NCBI GenBank assembly: GCA_008690995.1
Contig: VRMN01000005.1
Coordinates: 496,001-560,000, forward strand
Direction: 5' to 3'
Source: Porphyridium purpureum
Taxonomy: Eukaryota
Length of the DNA stretch: 64,000 nt
Shown here: one piece after another, positions 9,892-21,200 of the stretch
Layout: every line of letters starts with the position of its first letter
How positions within the stretch are numbered: the first letter of the stretch is position 1
The notes under the pieces: generated by a model
Told to the model about the DNA's origin: nothing
Seen by the model: only the letters and a program-made list of their open reading frames with translations
The model's database searches: none
Position numbers and translations under genes: made by a program

Positions 9892-11589
9892 ATGGTGCCG
9901 GCGTGGGTTTGCGGGGTTCCTGTGTGGAATTGTGCGAAGCGAGCACTATCGCAGTGTGTCGCTGGCTCGCGCCGGAGAAGATGGAGCCGCCGGCAAAGGC
10001 GGATATCGCCGCTCGCGCCGTGTGTTCGTTGCGCCCACACTGAAAGCATGTCGGACAGTCATCGTCGCACGCTCCCAGAGCAGGATACCATTTTCGCGTT
10101 ATCTTCTGGTGCCTCGCAAAAAGCAGGCGTGGCCGTCATCCGAATCTCGGGCCCACACGCTGATGTAGTGCTGCGCCATCTGCTGAGTGCGCAAGATGTG
10201 TCCGATCCTGATCCTGAGCTGGCACTTCCGAAGGCCAGAATGGCGTCGTTGAGAAAACTGTTTGGGGGCATTTCGAGTACAAGCGTCGACGCAGGCGCTG
10301 CCTTGGTCGGTAACATGAAGGAAATTCTCGACCAGGCGCTCGTGCTACGCTTTCCAGGGCCTCGGAGCTTTACGGGCGAGGATGTGGTCGAATTGCACGT
10401 GCATGGCGGTCTCGCTGTTGTGAGCGCGGTAACGAACGAGCTGATGCGATTAAGAATGCATCCACTGGCAATTCCGCTGCGGCCAGCTGAGAAGGGTGAG
10501 TTCACTCGGCGGGCGTTTGAGAATGACCGCATGGATTTGACCGAGGTCGAAGGGCTGGCAGACTTGATTTCGGCAGAGACTACAGAGCAACGTCGGCTGG
10601 CATTGCGGCAAATGGGCGGGAATTTGCGTGTTCTGTACGATAGTTGGCGCGCACAGATCATCAAATGCATGGCGAATGTGGAGGCCGTGATCGACTTTGG
10701 CGACGACGTGGACGATGATGCGCTGGACGCCATGGCGCCGCTGCTTCGAGACCTCGAGGCTGAGCTCAGCGCGCATGTGCAAGACAATCGCCGCGGCGAG
10801 ATCGTTCGCTCTGGAGTCCGCGTTGCGATTGTGGGTGCACCGAACGCCGGGAAATCGAGCCTGCTAAACGCGCTGGCCAAGCGACCTGCGGCGATCGTAT
10901 CCTCGGTCGCTGGTACCACCAGAGATGTGATTGAAGTGCACTTGGACGTGGCTGGCGTGGCAGTGATTCTGAGCGACACGGCAGGGATTCGCGAGGAGAC
11001 CGAAGACGCTATTGAACAGATTGGGATTGAGCGCGCGAAGCAGGCTCTCGCAGACGCGGATCTTGTTCTGCATGTAGTGGATGTGCGGCAAACAGACGGG
11101 GCATCGATGCGGGCGTTTTCCGACACGCAAAGCGACTCGGTTGGCGTGGTAACTGTTTTCAACAAGACCGATCTGAGCTCGGAAGAGGAGCGGCAGGTCG
11201 CTGCAGCGACGATGCAACAGCTGGGGCGCGCCAAGGGTTCAGAGCTTTGGATCTCATGCACGACTGGCGCTGGGATGGACGCGTTCCAGAGCGCGTTTGA
11301 AACGCGTGTCCGTGAGCTTCTCTGGAACAACAGCAGCGGCACGGGCCACGAGTGCGATGCGAGTCCCACAGCGGTCATCACTCGCGCGCGCCACCGCGTG
11401 CACGTGGAGAACGCGATTCATTCACTGCGCACGTTCATTCATGAATTTCTGGAGCAGAACAACCTGCCTCTGGACATTGCGACAGAGGAGCTGCGCCATG
11501 CCGCGTCCGAACTTGGCCAAATCACCGGCACGATCCATACCGAAGACGTGCTGGACATTGTGTTCCAAGACTTCTGCATTGGCAAATAA
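9892..11589 (+). CDS. mnmE: tRNA modification GTPase MnmE/TrmE, organellar
   Basis: DTIFALSSG, SFTGEDVVELHVHGG, GAPNAGKSS, GTTRD, DTAG, NKTD, C-terminal FCIGK. Confidence 0.97.
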   Translation: MVPAWVCGVPVWNCAKRALSQCVAGSRRRRWSRRQRRISPLAPCVRCAHTESMSDSHRRTLPEQDTIFALSSGASQKAGVAVIRISGPHADVVLRHLLSAQDVSDPDPELALPKARMASLRKLFGGISSTSVDAGAALVGNMKEILDQALVLRFPGPRSFTGEDVVELHVHGGLAVVSAVTNELMRLRMHPLAIPLRPAEKGEFTRRAFENDRMDLTEVEGLADLISAETTEQRRLALRQMGGNLRVLYDSWRAQIIKCMANVEAVIDFGDDVDDDALDAMAPLLRDLEAELSAHVQDNRRGEIVRSGVRVAIVGAPNAGKSSLLNALAKRPAAIVSSVAGTTRDVIEVHLDVAGVAVILSDTAGIREETEDAIEQIGIERAKQALADADLVLHVVDVRQTDGASMRAFSDTQSDSVGVVTVFNKTDLSSEEERQVAAATMQQLGRAKGSELWISCTTGAGMDAFQSAFETRVRELLWNNSSGTGHECDASPTAVITRARHRVHVENAIHSLRTFIHEFLEQNNLPLDIATEELRHAASELGQITGTIHTEDVLDIVFQDFCIGK

Positions 11590-12217
11590 TGACATCGCAG
11601 CACACACACGCACAGCTGCTCGTACTCCTACCCCTCCTCCTCCTAATGCTGCTCCTAAATGTACTGCTGCTGCCCTCAAACCTCCCGTGTCAAACCGACT
11701 CCGATCGGGTTCTTGTCTTTTCCCCAATTCATCACATGCACATCGTCGCTTGGACCGTTTGAACATCTTCCGTACTTTTCAGAAGCTTTTCGACCTGAAA
11801 TCCCGGGTTGTACCCATGTGGCGTTATTTCCGTAGTCACTTATGGTGGGTGGGTGTACAGTGAGTGTACATGAATCAATGCTTCGATGGTGTACAGTGTT
11901 AAGTACACTGATTTTCTCCAAGAAAGTGGGGAGGGTACAGTGGATCGCATCGGCCGTCATAAGAAAAGGGGGGGAGGAACCCCGGGACGGAAGGTTGAGG
12001 GGGAGGAAGGGGAGAGAAGTGCGAGAGCGGACAGAGGGAGAGAAACGCAGACGGAGAAGGGGAAGGAGGAGACAGCGGGGAAAGGTGGGGCAGGGCTGCG
12101 TTGGACGAAGAAGGTCCGCGGGAGGGCGATGTTGAGTGTCATGTGCTGAAGTGCTCGGTAGAAGGGGAGGTCGCTTCTGTGGGTTCTCTCCGTTCGTTCT
12201 CGGAGGAGCGATCGAGA

Positions 12218-12369
12218 ATGTCAACTAACAACAGTCAGGGCAATGGTACGAATCGGCAGGCGACGACTAATCGGATTGATGCGCACCGCGATGAGCTGAA
12301 AGGCTTGCTGACGCCGACCGCTAGTGGGGGGTCAGGCAGCTCCCCGCCTTCTCAGCTGGCGCAGCGCTC

Positions 12370-12401
<32 letters not shown>

Positions 12402-15226
12402 CGCGCGCGCGGGTTGCGCCAACGCCGTCTCCACCACATGTCACGTCGGCGTACCCGCCCGAGGTGATCGCACAGATGCGCGCGCGACAGCAGGCAGCGG
12501 GAGTTTCAGGGGTAGCGGGTACGCGGCCCAGTCCACAAAATCCCCAGCAGAACCACGCGGCCGCCGTTGCCGCGGCGGCCACGCGCGCCAGCGCCGTTCA
12601 GGCCATTCCGAAAGCCAAGCAGAACCGTGACGAACTTGCTGCGCTGCTCGAGTCACCGCCAGCATCGTACGTGCGAGCGCCTTCCCGGCCAGCAGTTCCC
12701 CCGCAGAGAAGCGGCGCTCACCAGCCGACGTCGGGCCCCGCGCAGTTTCCCGGCGGAGCTCGCACTGCGCCGCAGGTCCAGTCGCAGCCCGTTCGGACTT
12801 CGGATAGCAATGTCGATGAACTGAAGGCATTGCTCGGCCCATCGGTTCCGTCAGCGGGTGCCGCTCTTCCGGCGTTGCCGGTGCAGCCGCAACGGCAGGT
12901 GGCACCACAGCAAGCTCAGCAGCATAGGATGAATGTGCCCGCGCAGGTTTCAATCAACGCACGCCCTCCAGGCGCGTCTGGCGTGGCTCCAGGCGCGGCT
13001 GCAAGGCCCAATGTTGTCAGTACCGCCAATATCGAGCAGATGCACGTCACCATGTTTTGCAAGTTTGCGACGTACATTATGAAGCGTGACCTGCGCTCGC
13101 GCGACCCCACAGAGGCCGCACAGCTGGAGGCTGAGTTTATGACCGAGCTGAAACGTTGGTACAAAGAATGGAGTGAGCAAAGACTCACGCAGAAGCAGTT
13201 ATTTGAGAAAATCTTCCAGCTCGTGCGCGTTATTCAACCGGATCACCACCCGCAGTCATTTCAAGAAACATTTAGGAATTGGTACCGCGAAGTGCGGCGC
13301 CGAAATCAAGCTGCCGCAAGCACCCTTCCAGGCAGCTCCGGCGTTCAGCCGGGTCCGGCTCATCCACCGTCTGGAGCACCCGTGGGTGCTTCGCGGCCCG
13401 CAGACCCTTCTGTAGGCCCCCCTTTGTCAAATCCTCATCAGAAGCGTGCTATACAGCCACAAAGATACGCTCCAGAGGGCGGTGTGCGACCGAGCTCTGT
13501 TCCTGTGCGGCCAGGAACACAAGTCCAACAAGCTGCTGTCACGCAGGGTGGATTCGGTTCACCGCCGCAGATGCGTACGCAAGGTGCGCAAGATGGCGCA
13601 GATGACGAGCCGCTGACGCGAAAGAAAGTCCAGGCGAATGTTAATGGTGACACCATGTTGAACAACACCAATGCTGCGAAAGCGAGCACAGGCAAAAAGA
13701 CAGTAGTAGTGAAGAAAGCATCCAAGTCGGGGGCAGGGAAAACTATCACACCTAAGAAGGAGCCCGACGCGGTGGGGGCCGTGAAAGGAGAACCCACTGA
13801 AGCCGATCAAGGAACAGCTGTGGGCGGAAAGCGGCCAGGTTGTAGCGCGGAAGCACAGCAGCAGCAGCCGGCACCAAAGCGCGGCAAATCTGGTGGCATT
13901 GTTACGAAAAAAGGCGGCGGTAAACCTCAAAGTGCGCCGAGTGGCGCTTTCGGTGCTGCAAAATCATCGGCTGAAGACGACGGGGATGACATTCATGCTG
14001 GCTCTGCAGCGGAAAAAAACGCGATCAGCCCAGGACTGGCGGGAGAACCGGATGGGAGCATGCCCGGTCAGCCGCATTTGCCTTCTGGGACTTCAGGAAT
14101 GGTCAAATTGCACAGCACAGGAGCGTCCGCGGCCCCCGTTGCACAGAAAAAGGCAGAGCGCAAAGCTCGGACGGAGGATGAGGAGCTAGACGTGATGTAT
14201 GCGGCTGGGATTGACGTAGAGAATGAAGATGAAGATGTGTTTGTGGACGAGGATGAGCACACGCAAGGTGAGCTTGAACCGGAAGACGTTGGCAAACTTG
14301 TAAATTCGGGTTCGGTCGAGAAGATCATGGAGCGTGTCGTGCGGCGCACGCGTGGTGTGCGTCAAGTCCGGCGCGAGTGCGTGGAGATCCTAAGCTTGGC
14401 AGTACGTGAGCGTCTGCAGAGTTTGCTGGAGCGCCTAAATCAGATTTCAAACGCGCGACAGGAGGTTTCGCGCAAGCTCTGGGGGGCAAAGGCCACGACC
14501 TATGCGGTCAAGGATGTGCGTGGTGAGCTCGACAAGCTTCGGAAGGAGGAAGTGCGGCAGCTCGATGTGTTAATGGAAGGTCGTAAGCGGCGGCAGCAGG
14601 AGTTGGAGGCAGCTGAGAATGGCGGCGTCATACCGGAAGATCGAACACCGCGTCCGGACGATAATGCAAAGCGCGCCGAGAACAAGGCAGTTATCGAGAA
14701 GAAACGCCAAGATGAGAGCCTAAAGCAAACAAATGCGACATTGACCAACATTCTTGGTGGGTTAAAGAAGAGACGCAAGTCTGCACCGTCAGCGGGGGCG
14801 CCGCCTAGTCTTGCCGCGGGCGGCTCATCTTCATTGGGCGCCGGCAGCGTTGCTCCTGCTGCTGGCTCTGTTGGTGGGGATGGAAATGACGGCAAACCAC
14901 CACGCTTGTTTTCGGACGCAGGCTCTACGGGGGCAATGAGCGACGACTCGGCAACGGCGTCTGTGCACAACAAGATCACAGATGGGGAAGCGAGCGTGGG
15001 CTCTCGGGATGCAGCGCAACCTCCACTACTGCCAGTCCGTGCGACAGTGCCGGCCGGCTTGGGTGGTCCGTTGCCATTGCGCCAGACGCAGCCTCAGCTT
15101 CAGATGCAGCGCGACCCGATCTCGATACGCGACTGCATCTTTCTCATGGAGCGTGACCGTCACATGAACAAGTCGGCGCGCTTGATGCTAATGATGTGCA
15201 AGCTGGGACGCAGCCCAGCGCCCTAA
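12218..15226 (+). CDS. TAF4: TFIID subunit TAF4-like
   Basis: Q/P/A-rich N-terminus, RST/TAFH-like helical block, LDVMYAAGIDVENE, histone-fold ILSLAVRERLQSLLERL, TNATL, C-terminal ISIRDCIFLMERD. Confidence 0.8.
12371..12400 (+). repeat. (CAG)10 polyglutamine tract
   Basis: Ten CAG codons in TAF4. Confidence 0.9.
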
Positions 15227-15399
15227 TGTTTTCGTTCAGATTCTGATTTCCCACGGCCGTTGCTGGCTTCAGCAAAAGAATCGAAGAGAAGCTATGTTCT
15301 GTCGTCGATTCGATGCGGAATGAAGACAAAGAAAAGTAAACTTGTTGTGGTGGCAGAGAAAGACGGTTGTAGGCTACTCCCCCGCGCCCACGCGCAAAT

Positions 15400-17295
15400 C
15401 TATTCCGATGTGGCCTGTGAAGGTGAGCTATCACCGCTTCTGGAGACTAGCGAGGGATTCGTTGCTGTCAACGTGGGGTTTGCGACGTCATCCCGGAGCA
15501 GCTCCTTGCCGCCCAAGTAGGCACCAACGGCCCCCAGATAACCATCATGCACAAGAAAACGAGCTTCCATTTGGCCTTGTGACCAAAACTTGACTGCATA
15601 ACTCAGTGTTGACACAGTGAACGGGTGGTCACGGATGAAATTACCGCCAAAGTAGATTTGCTGAAGGTCATAGCGTTTGGCATTCAAGAATGCGATCTGA
15701 CCAATGTTGTAAGAAAGCATGCGCAGCAGACTCAGCGATACGTCTGCAGCGTGAAATTGGGTACTGAGGTGGTCATTCGCGAGCGTCTCGTGTACGTATC
15801 GTTCCACATCTAGCCTACGCAACAAGTGCCCAATCCCAGGGGTTGCCAGAAGAACCTTGAACCAGAGCATAAGGGAGCCCTTGACCGCTCGCCGCAGCTC
15901 TTTGAACATGCTCTGAAAAGATACCGGTGGGCTGTGCCGGCTCATTGTGACTTTGCCGAACGAAGCCGCAATAATGTTCGCAGGCAGCCCGAGCTTCTCG
16001 TAGTGACTGCCGTATATATCACCGACAAGCATGTCCACTTTCCCGTTGTCTCCCTCGTACGTCAAGTCAATCACCTCATCAAATGTGCGACAATTCGTGA
16101 GAAGCCGACTTAGTCCCCAGAATGTGCCTCCGCCCAGCGCTGACCCGCTGACTCGCTCAAATGTGCCTGGTCCGGTCACACGAATAATGCTCACGCCGCT
16201 GCCAATGTTGACCAGCAGGTAAGGGAACGGCGTTTTCATTTGACTCTGCGAGATAAAGTCGCGGCAGTCTTCCAAGGGCGGCAATGGGTCTTCCGCGCGC
16301 AGTTCTTGCGGGGGCCGAAAGTAATAGACCTCTCTATCCACATGCGTCAGCAAGAAGTTAAGCCCGGCTACGACTGACGCCATCTCGTCGACGGACGCCA
16401 ACTCGACCCCAATTTCGCGCGAAAAGAGTTCGCGATACTTGAAAGCACCTCCCCCCGTGGTGCGCACAATGCGTTTCGATGACCCCTTTGCGGGCGCGTC
16501 GCTGTCCAGCGCTTCACCTGTCCTTGGCTGCGCCTTGGTCTGGCCAGGCACGTGGTCGTTTCCCCCCGTGCTTTTCAAGTGTCGACCGGCTGGGTGGAAT
16601 GTATGCCAGTTTTTGGCGAGAAAGTGCACACATTCCTCTATATCACGAGTCTCGAACGTGAAAAAATGCACGACGCCCTTTAGAATCGGCACGTCTACCT
16701 GTAGATGGTGCGGACGGTTTGAATCGAGCTCGTCAATGACAAGCCGTTTGTGCGCGCGCGAGGTTCGGCTGGTGCTCGAATCCGTGTGATGCGTCGTGGA
16801 ATAGTGCTGGATGTACATGAGCTTTGTCAACGAGCCTCCGATATCCAGCGCGAGCGCATCGGACTCCTTCAAAAGATCGACGCGGTCCAGCACCTTGAGA
16901 GCGACTTCCTTTTCCACCAAGCCGGACTGCCTTAGCGCCCGTCTCTCATAGCCCTCATGCTTCTGCCCGCCAAAGGATGAACGTCCGCCTTGCGCACGAG
17001 ATCCGCCATCCAAAGAGCTTCCGCTCGCAACCAAGGAGTGCGACTTGTGCATTGCAGGGGCCACGCCCTCTGTCGAGGCCGACCGGCGCGAAACGCGCGG
17101 GAGCGACGCGTTCCGTTCCGAGTCAGCCTGGCGCGACGAACGAGCCGCCGGCAGCGCCGCCATCGTATGCGCCTCTACCGGCTCATTCCGCAGCGTCGCG
17201 TCCCCCTCCGTCACTGCCTCAGTACTCTCCATGGTCATCCTCTCGTCATGACCACCACGTGGAACCCACGCCAGCACCGCTGGGCGCGGCCACAT
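15400..17295 (-). CDS. PANK: Type II pantothenate kinase (fumble family)
   Basis: ALDIGGSLTK, TGGGAFKY, DEM, LLVNIGSGVSI, GSALGGGTFWGL, DMLVGDIYG, GYLGAVGA; start could be 17238. Confidence 0.95.
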   Translation of the reverse strand: MWPRPAVLAWVPRGGHDERMTMESTEAVTEGDATLRNEPVEAHTMAALPAARSSRQADSERNASLPRVSRRSASTEGVAPAMHKSHSLVASGSSLDGGSRAQGGRSSFGGQKHEGYERRALRQSGLVEKEVALKVLDRVDLLKESDALALDIGGSLTKLMYIQHYSTTHHTDSSTSRTSRAHKRLVIDELDSNRPHHLQVDVPILKGVVHFFTFETRDIEECVHFLAKNWHTFHPAGRHLKSTGGNDHVPGQTKAQPRTGEALDSDAPAKGSSKRIVRTTGGGAFKYRELFSREIGVELASVDEMASVVAGLNFLLTHVDREVYYFRPPQELRAEDPLPPLEDCRDFISQSQMKTPFPYLLVNIGSGVSIIRVTGPGTFERVSGSALGGGTFWGLSRLLTNCRTFDEVIDLTYEGDNGKVDMLVGDIYGSHYEKLGLPANIIAASFGKVTMSRHSPPVSFQSMFKELRRAVKGSLMLWFKVLLATPGIGHLLRRLDVERYVHETLANDHLSTQFHAADVSLSLLRMLSYNIGQIAFLNAKRYDLQQIYFGGNFIRDHPFTVSTLSYAVKFWSQGQMEARFLVHDGYLGAVGAYLGGKELLRDDVANPTLTATNPSLVSRSGDSSPSQATSE

Positions 17296-18274
17296 TCAAA
17301 ATATGAAATCTCGCGCTTCGCGGTTTCTCTCGACGCTTAACGGTTCATTCCCACATAAACCGTTATGGTCAGGCGTGCGCGTGTGTGGTGGCGCTTGGCA
17401 CCGACTCGGCCTGCGGTTGGCTGATGCGTGACGCTCGCGGTGAAGCCAGGCTGCCGCAGAGCAAGGACCTGTGCTGAATGGCCGATTCCACCTTTATTTT
17501 TGGACGCAAGTAAGACAGGGCCGGACTCGTTGCCTTGGCTCGGTTGCTGAACGTTCGACCCCCACCCCCACCACCACCTTCCGCGGCGTCTCCACGACTG
17601 GTGCAGGCGCGTATTCAACACATGATGGCCTGTGTCGCGCTCTTCTGTCATAGCAAGGCGACCATACAGCGCAATACACGATTCCAGACTCGCATGGCCG
17701 GCTGCGCGTGACCAACCCAAACGGCGTCGCATCATCATCACACACCGCCAGACATACAGCGTCTGACCCATGCATCCATCCATCCATCCAACCCCTCCGT
17801 CCTCCCGCCATCTTGCATCGGATGCGAGCTTGTTTGTGTTCAACTGTACCCACAACGATCTGGATAGTGTACCGCCATCACGTACAGTGTTGCTCTAGTG
17901 AAACGTGTGTGTTTTGTGGGTGTACAGTTTGTTGTCAGGCGGTTGTTTACAGAACGCGACGCGATTTTGTGATGGCGGCGCGAGCGGTCGTTGGTGGAAA
18001 AAAAAAAGGGGGAGAGAAAAGGAGAGCGAGAAGAAGAAGACGAAGAGAGCGATGGATGGGAGCGTTTGATTGTGGTGGTGGGGTGGGGAGGAGAAATGGT
18101 TGGGTGTGGAGGCGGACGGTGTTTGGAATGCACCTGTGACATACAGGACATACGCACGGATGTCAAGCTCAGACGCGGCTGCAGTGGAAACCGGAACAAG
18201 CGCTCGGCTACGCGTGACGTCGCCATCGACACAAGAAGAGCATCGCAAAAGTCCGCGGAGGCCGCTGCGCTAAC

Positions 18275-21200
18275 ATGCCGGTGCGGCAAGGACTGAGAGC
18301 GTTTCTGGAGGCGTATCACCGCCGCGCGGCACGATCTCACGCCAGTCCGAATGCGCCGCCGCAGCGGCACGCTTCGCCACTCTCGTTTGCCGATCTCGAG
18401 TGTGAGTGCTGCGCGGCGCGTGCGCGCAGCCATGCGCAAGACGGACGGGTGGAACTCAGCACGCGGCTGGCTCCAGATGGCGAGTGCTGCTCACGCGTTT
18501 TGCTGCATGTTGCGGCATGCTCACTGCTTGAACCCAAAGGCGCCACGTCACGGGCACTGCACGAGCTGCTCGGCGCACCGCCGGCGCCCGCGACAGACGA
18601 GATTCGAAGTTCAAGCGATCTCGGTCGAAACCAGAGTGGGGATGCAAGCACGCACGAATCACACGCCACGCAAGGCATGCAGGTGCGCGCGGTTGGCTGG
18701 GAACTGGACTTTGTCTTGCGCTCTGCTTCCAAGTGTTCGCAAAAGTTGCAAATGGTTAAGCAGATGCTCCACTTTGAAGCGGCACGCCAACGCGGATGCC
18801 ATCATGACCAGAACGATGAGGAGCAAATAACACAAGACCAACTGAACAATGCAGAAGATCTGTGCCAGGTCGATGCATGCTCGCATTGCGCGACTTTGAG
18901 TGCACAGGAGCAGACGGTGTGCCGTGCAGTGGTCGTGACGTTTGCAGAGGCCGTTGCATCATTTGCTGTGCTCCACGATCGCGCGCGGTTGTGGAGCGCG
19001 TGTGCAGATGAACATCAGTATCGCTCGGTGATCCGCGAAGCGCTTGACCACGTGACCAAAGCGGTTTATTCGATCAGCGTCGAGTGCGAATGTGACTTTG
19101 AATGTTTCAGCATGCGCTTGCTTGCGACAGTCACACTCATGCTTCTCGGTGCCCTCGTTGAAAGTGTCAAATCATTTCACTTGCTGCGCAAGACAAAATT
19201 GTTCGAAAGATACTCAATAAGTACGGGCGATTTTGATGCCATGCAGCTTGCCCGCTGCCTGTGTGCTGCCAAGGACAAGTGGTCTTCCTTGCTGCTTGTT
19301 TCCTCTCGTGGTACAACGACAGGCACCACAGTGGCTGGTGCCAGTGCTGATGCTGCAGCCTCTGCTGGTGCTGGTGCTGGTGCTGGTGCTGGTATGAGCT
19401 CCAGGACGAGAAGCAGCAGCGACACGAGCGGCAAGCATGACAGCATTTCTTTACCAAGAGAATTGGAGCAGCCAGAGATCGAAGCGGTGGAAGCAGTGGT
19501 GTCAGCCATCACAGACATGCGTTCCGCACCAAACGCAGGGGAAGCCAGCGTTACGCCTATGGTCGCCACCGTCACCATCACAAACCACGAGGTGAGTGTG
19601 ACTGTGGAACATGTAGTCCGCGAATCGTTTCACAGCCCGCTGCGTATTCCTCTTTTCTCAAGCTTTGTGGCAATCGTCGGCCAATTTCGCGCTATCCCTC
19701 TTGAAAGCACCAGCGGTAATGTGGACCATAATGCGGCGACACGCGCCGCGGACGAAGCAAAGGCCGTTGCCTTTGAAAACGAGCTCTCTTGGGCCGCCTT
19801 GCGATTTATCGGCGTGGCGCTGTTTGGGCGGGTGGGACAGCGCATTCACGCCGAGTATGATATTGACATTAATGCGGATGTCGGTGCTGGGCTTCTGAAG
19901 ATTTTGAATGAGACGAACAAGATGGCAGCGTCCGCACGAGCCGCTTATGGACGGCTGGTGCACGAAGTGAGTGCGCTCACCGCGAGACTCATGAATCGTA
20001 CGCGCACGCATCTGATACTTTCTCACTCGCCTTGGTCCCCGCTCATCGAGCTCGTCGCCGTGCTGGGGAAAATGCAAGATATTGATCGCCGAGCCATCAT
20101 GCCTGCGATACTGGAACTTGCATCCGTATACCTCGGCGAGCCATTGTCCAAAATGCAAGACCCAGCGTTCCGAATCGTATCTGTGGATGGCTATAATGCG
20201 AGTCATAGTGCCAGCAGTGGTGGTGGTGGTGGTGGTGCCTCCGCTGTACCTGACAGCTTTTTCCTCATCCCACGTGAAAGAGTCAGCACGGTTCTGGGCG
20301 AATTGCACGCCCTCTTTCCGCCCCAAATTGTGATTGCGCTGGCTGACCTTAAGTTTCGAGACGTGGAGCCATGGCGAGGTGTGCGCTCCTACTGCGACGT
20401 ACTACGCACAATTGTAATCCGGCTCTTTATTGGTGATTCGCGTGTTCAGGTGCGTCGCCATGCGCTTCAGATGCTTCGCGACGCCATGTGGACGTACTAC
20501 GGCATTTATGACGACTTGCTCGTGAGTGACGTTTTTATGCCCCTACTCGAGCAGCTTCAATCTCAGCTGGAAATCAAGCCCCGTGCCCACCGACGTTCTG
20601 TGCCACAGGTAGACGCACGTAGAAAGGATATTCTTGCTTTACTGCGCGACGTGTGCAGCAACTTGACCATATCCGAATCGCATCTCAAGACCTTGCTCTC
20701 GTACCTAGACGCTGTCAATACCAACGCGGACAGCGCGTCTGATTCGCCATTGCCTAATGAAGTCGATGTTGAGACCGAGGATCCAAGTGATAGCGAAGTA
20801 AGTGACCGCGGAACGGTCAGCGCAGAAATCACGATCGATGCATCTTTGTCTTCTATCAATAGCAAGAAAGTTGTGCGCCTCGCGCGGAATGTGAGCTCTC
20901 ATTCCTCGTCGGCAAACGATAGCAACAGCGCCGGCGAGTCCGTAAGCGATGGTAGTTCATCTCACACCCCAAACAAGCCAACCGTTGAGTCCACAGAGTT
21001 GTCATTGCATGTGTTGGCAGCTCATGCGACTTTATTTATATTCTGCAAGCAGATGATGTCATCGGCGAACAGCAAGGCTCTGCTGGCGTTCCGCAGCGCG
21101 CTGACCACCCATTTGCATTTTATGGGCGACGCGGATGCGCGGGCTCTTGTGCTGAACTGGCTGACGTGGCTTCGTGTTGATCCAGCGACACGGAATATTC

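Noticed and set aside
10059..11381. 440-aa antisense ORF over mnmE (similar shadows at 26759-27775, 35803-36750, 42544-43467, 54411-55292)
   Set aside because: Ser/Arg/Thr-rich antisense shadows of real genes, expected at high GC; no motifs
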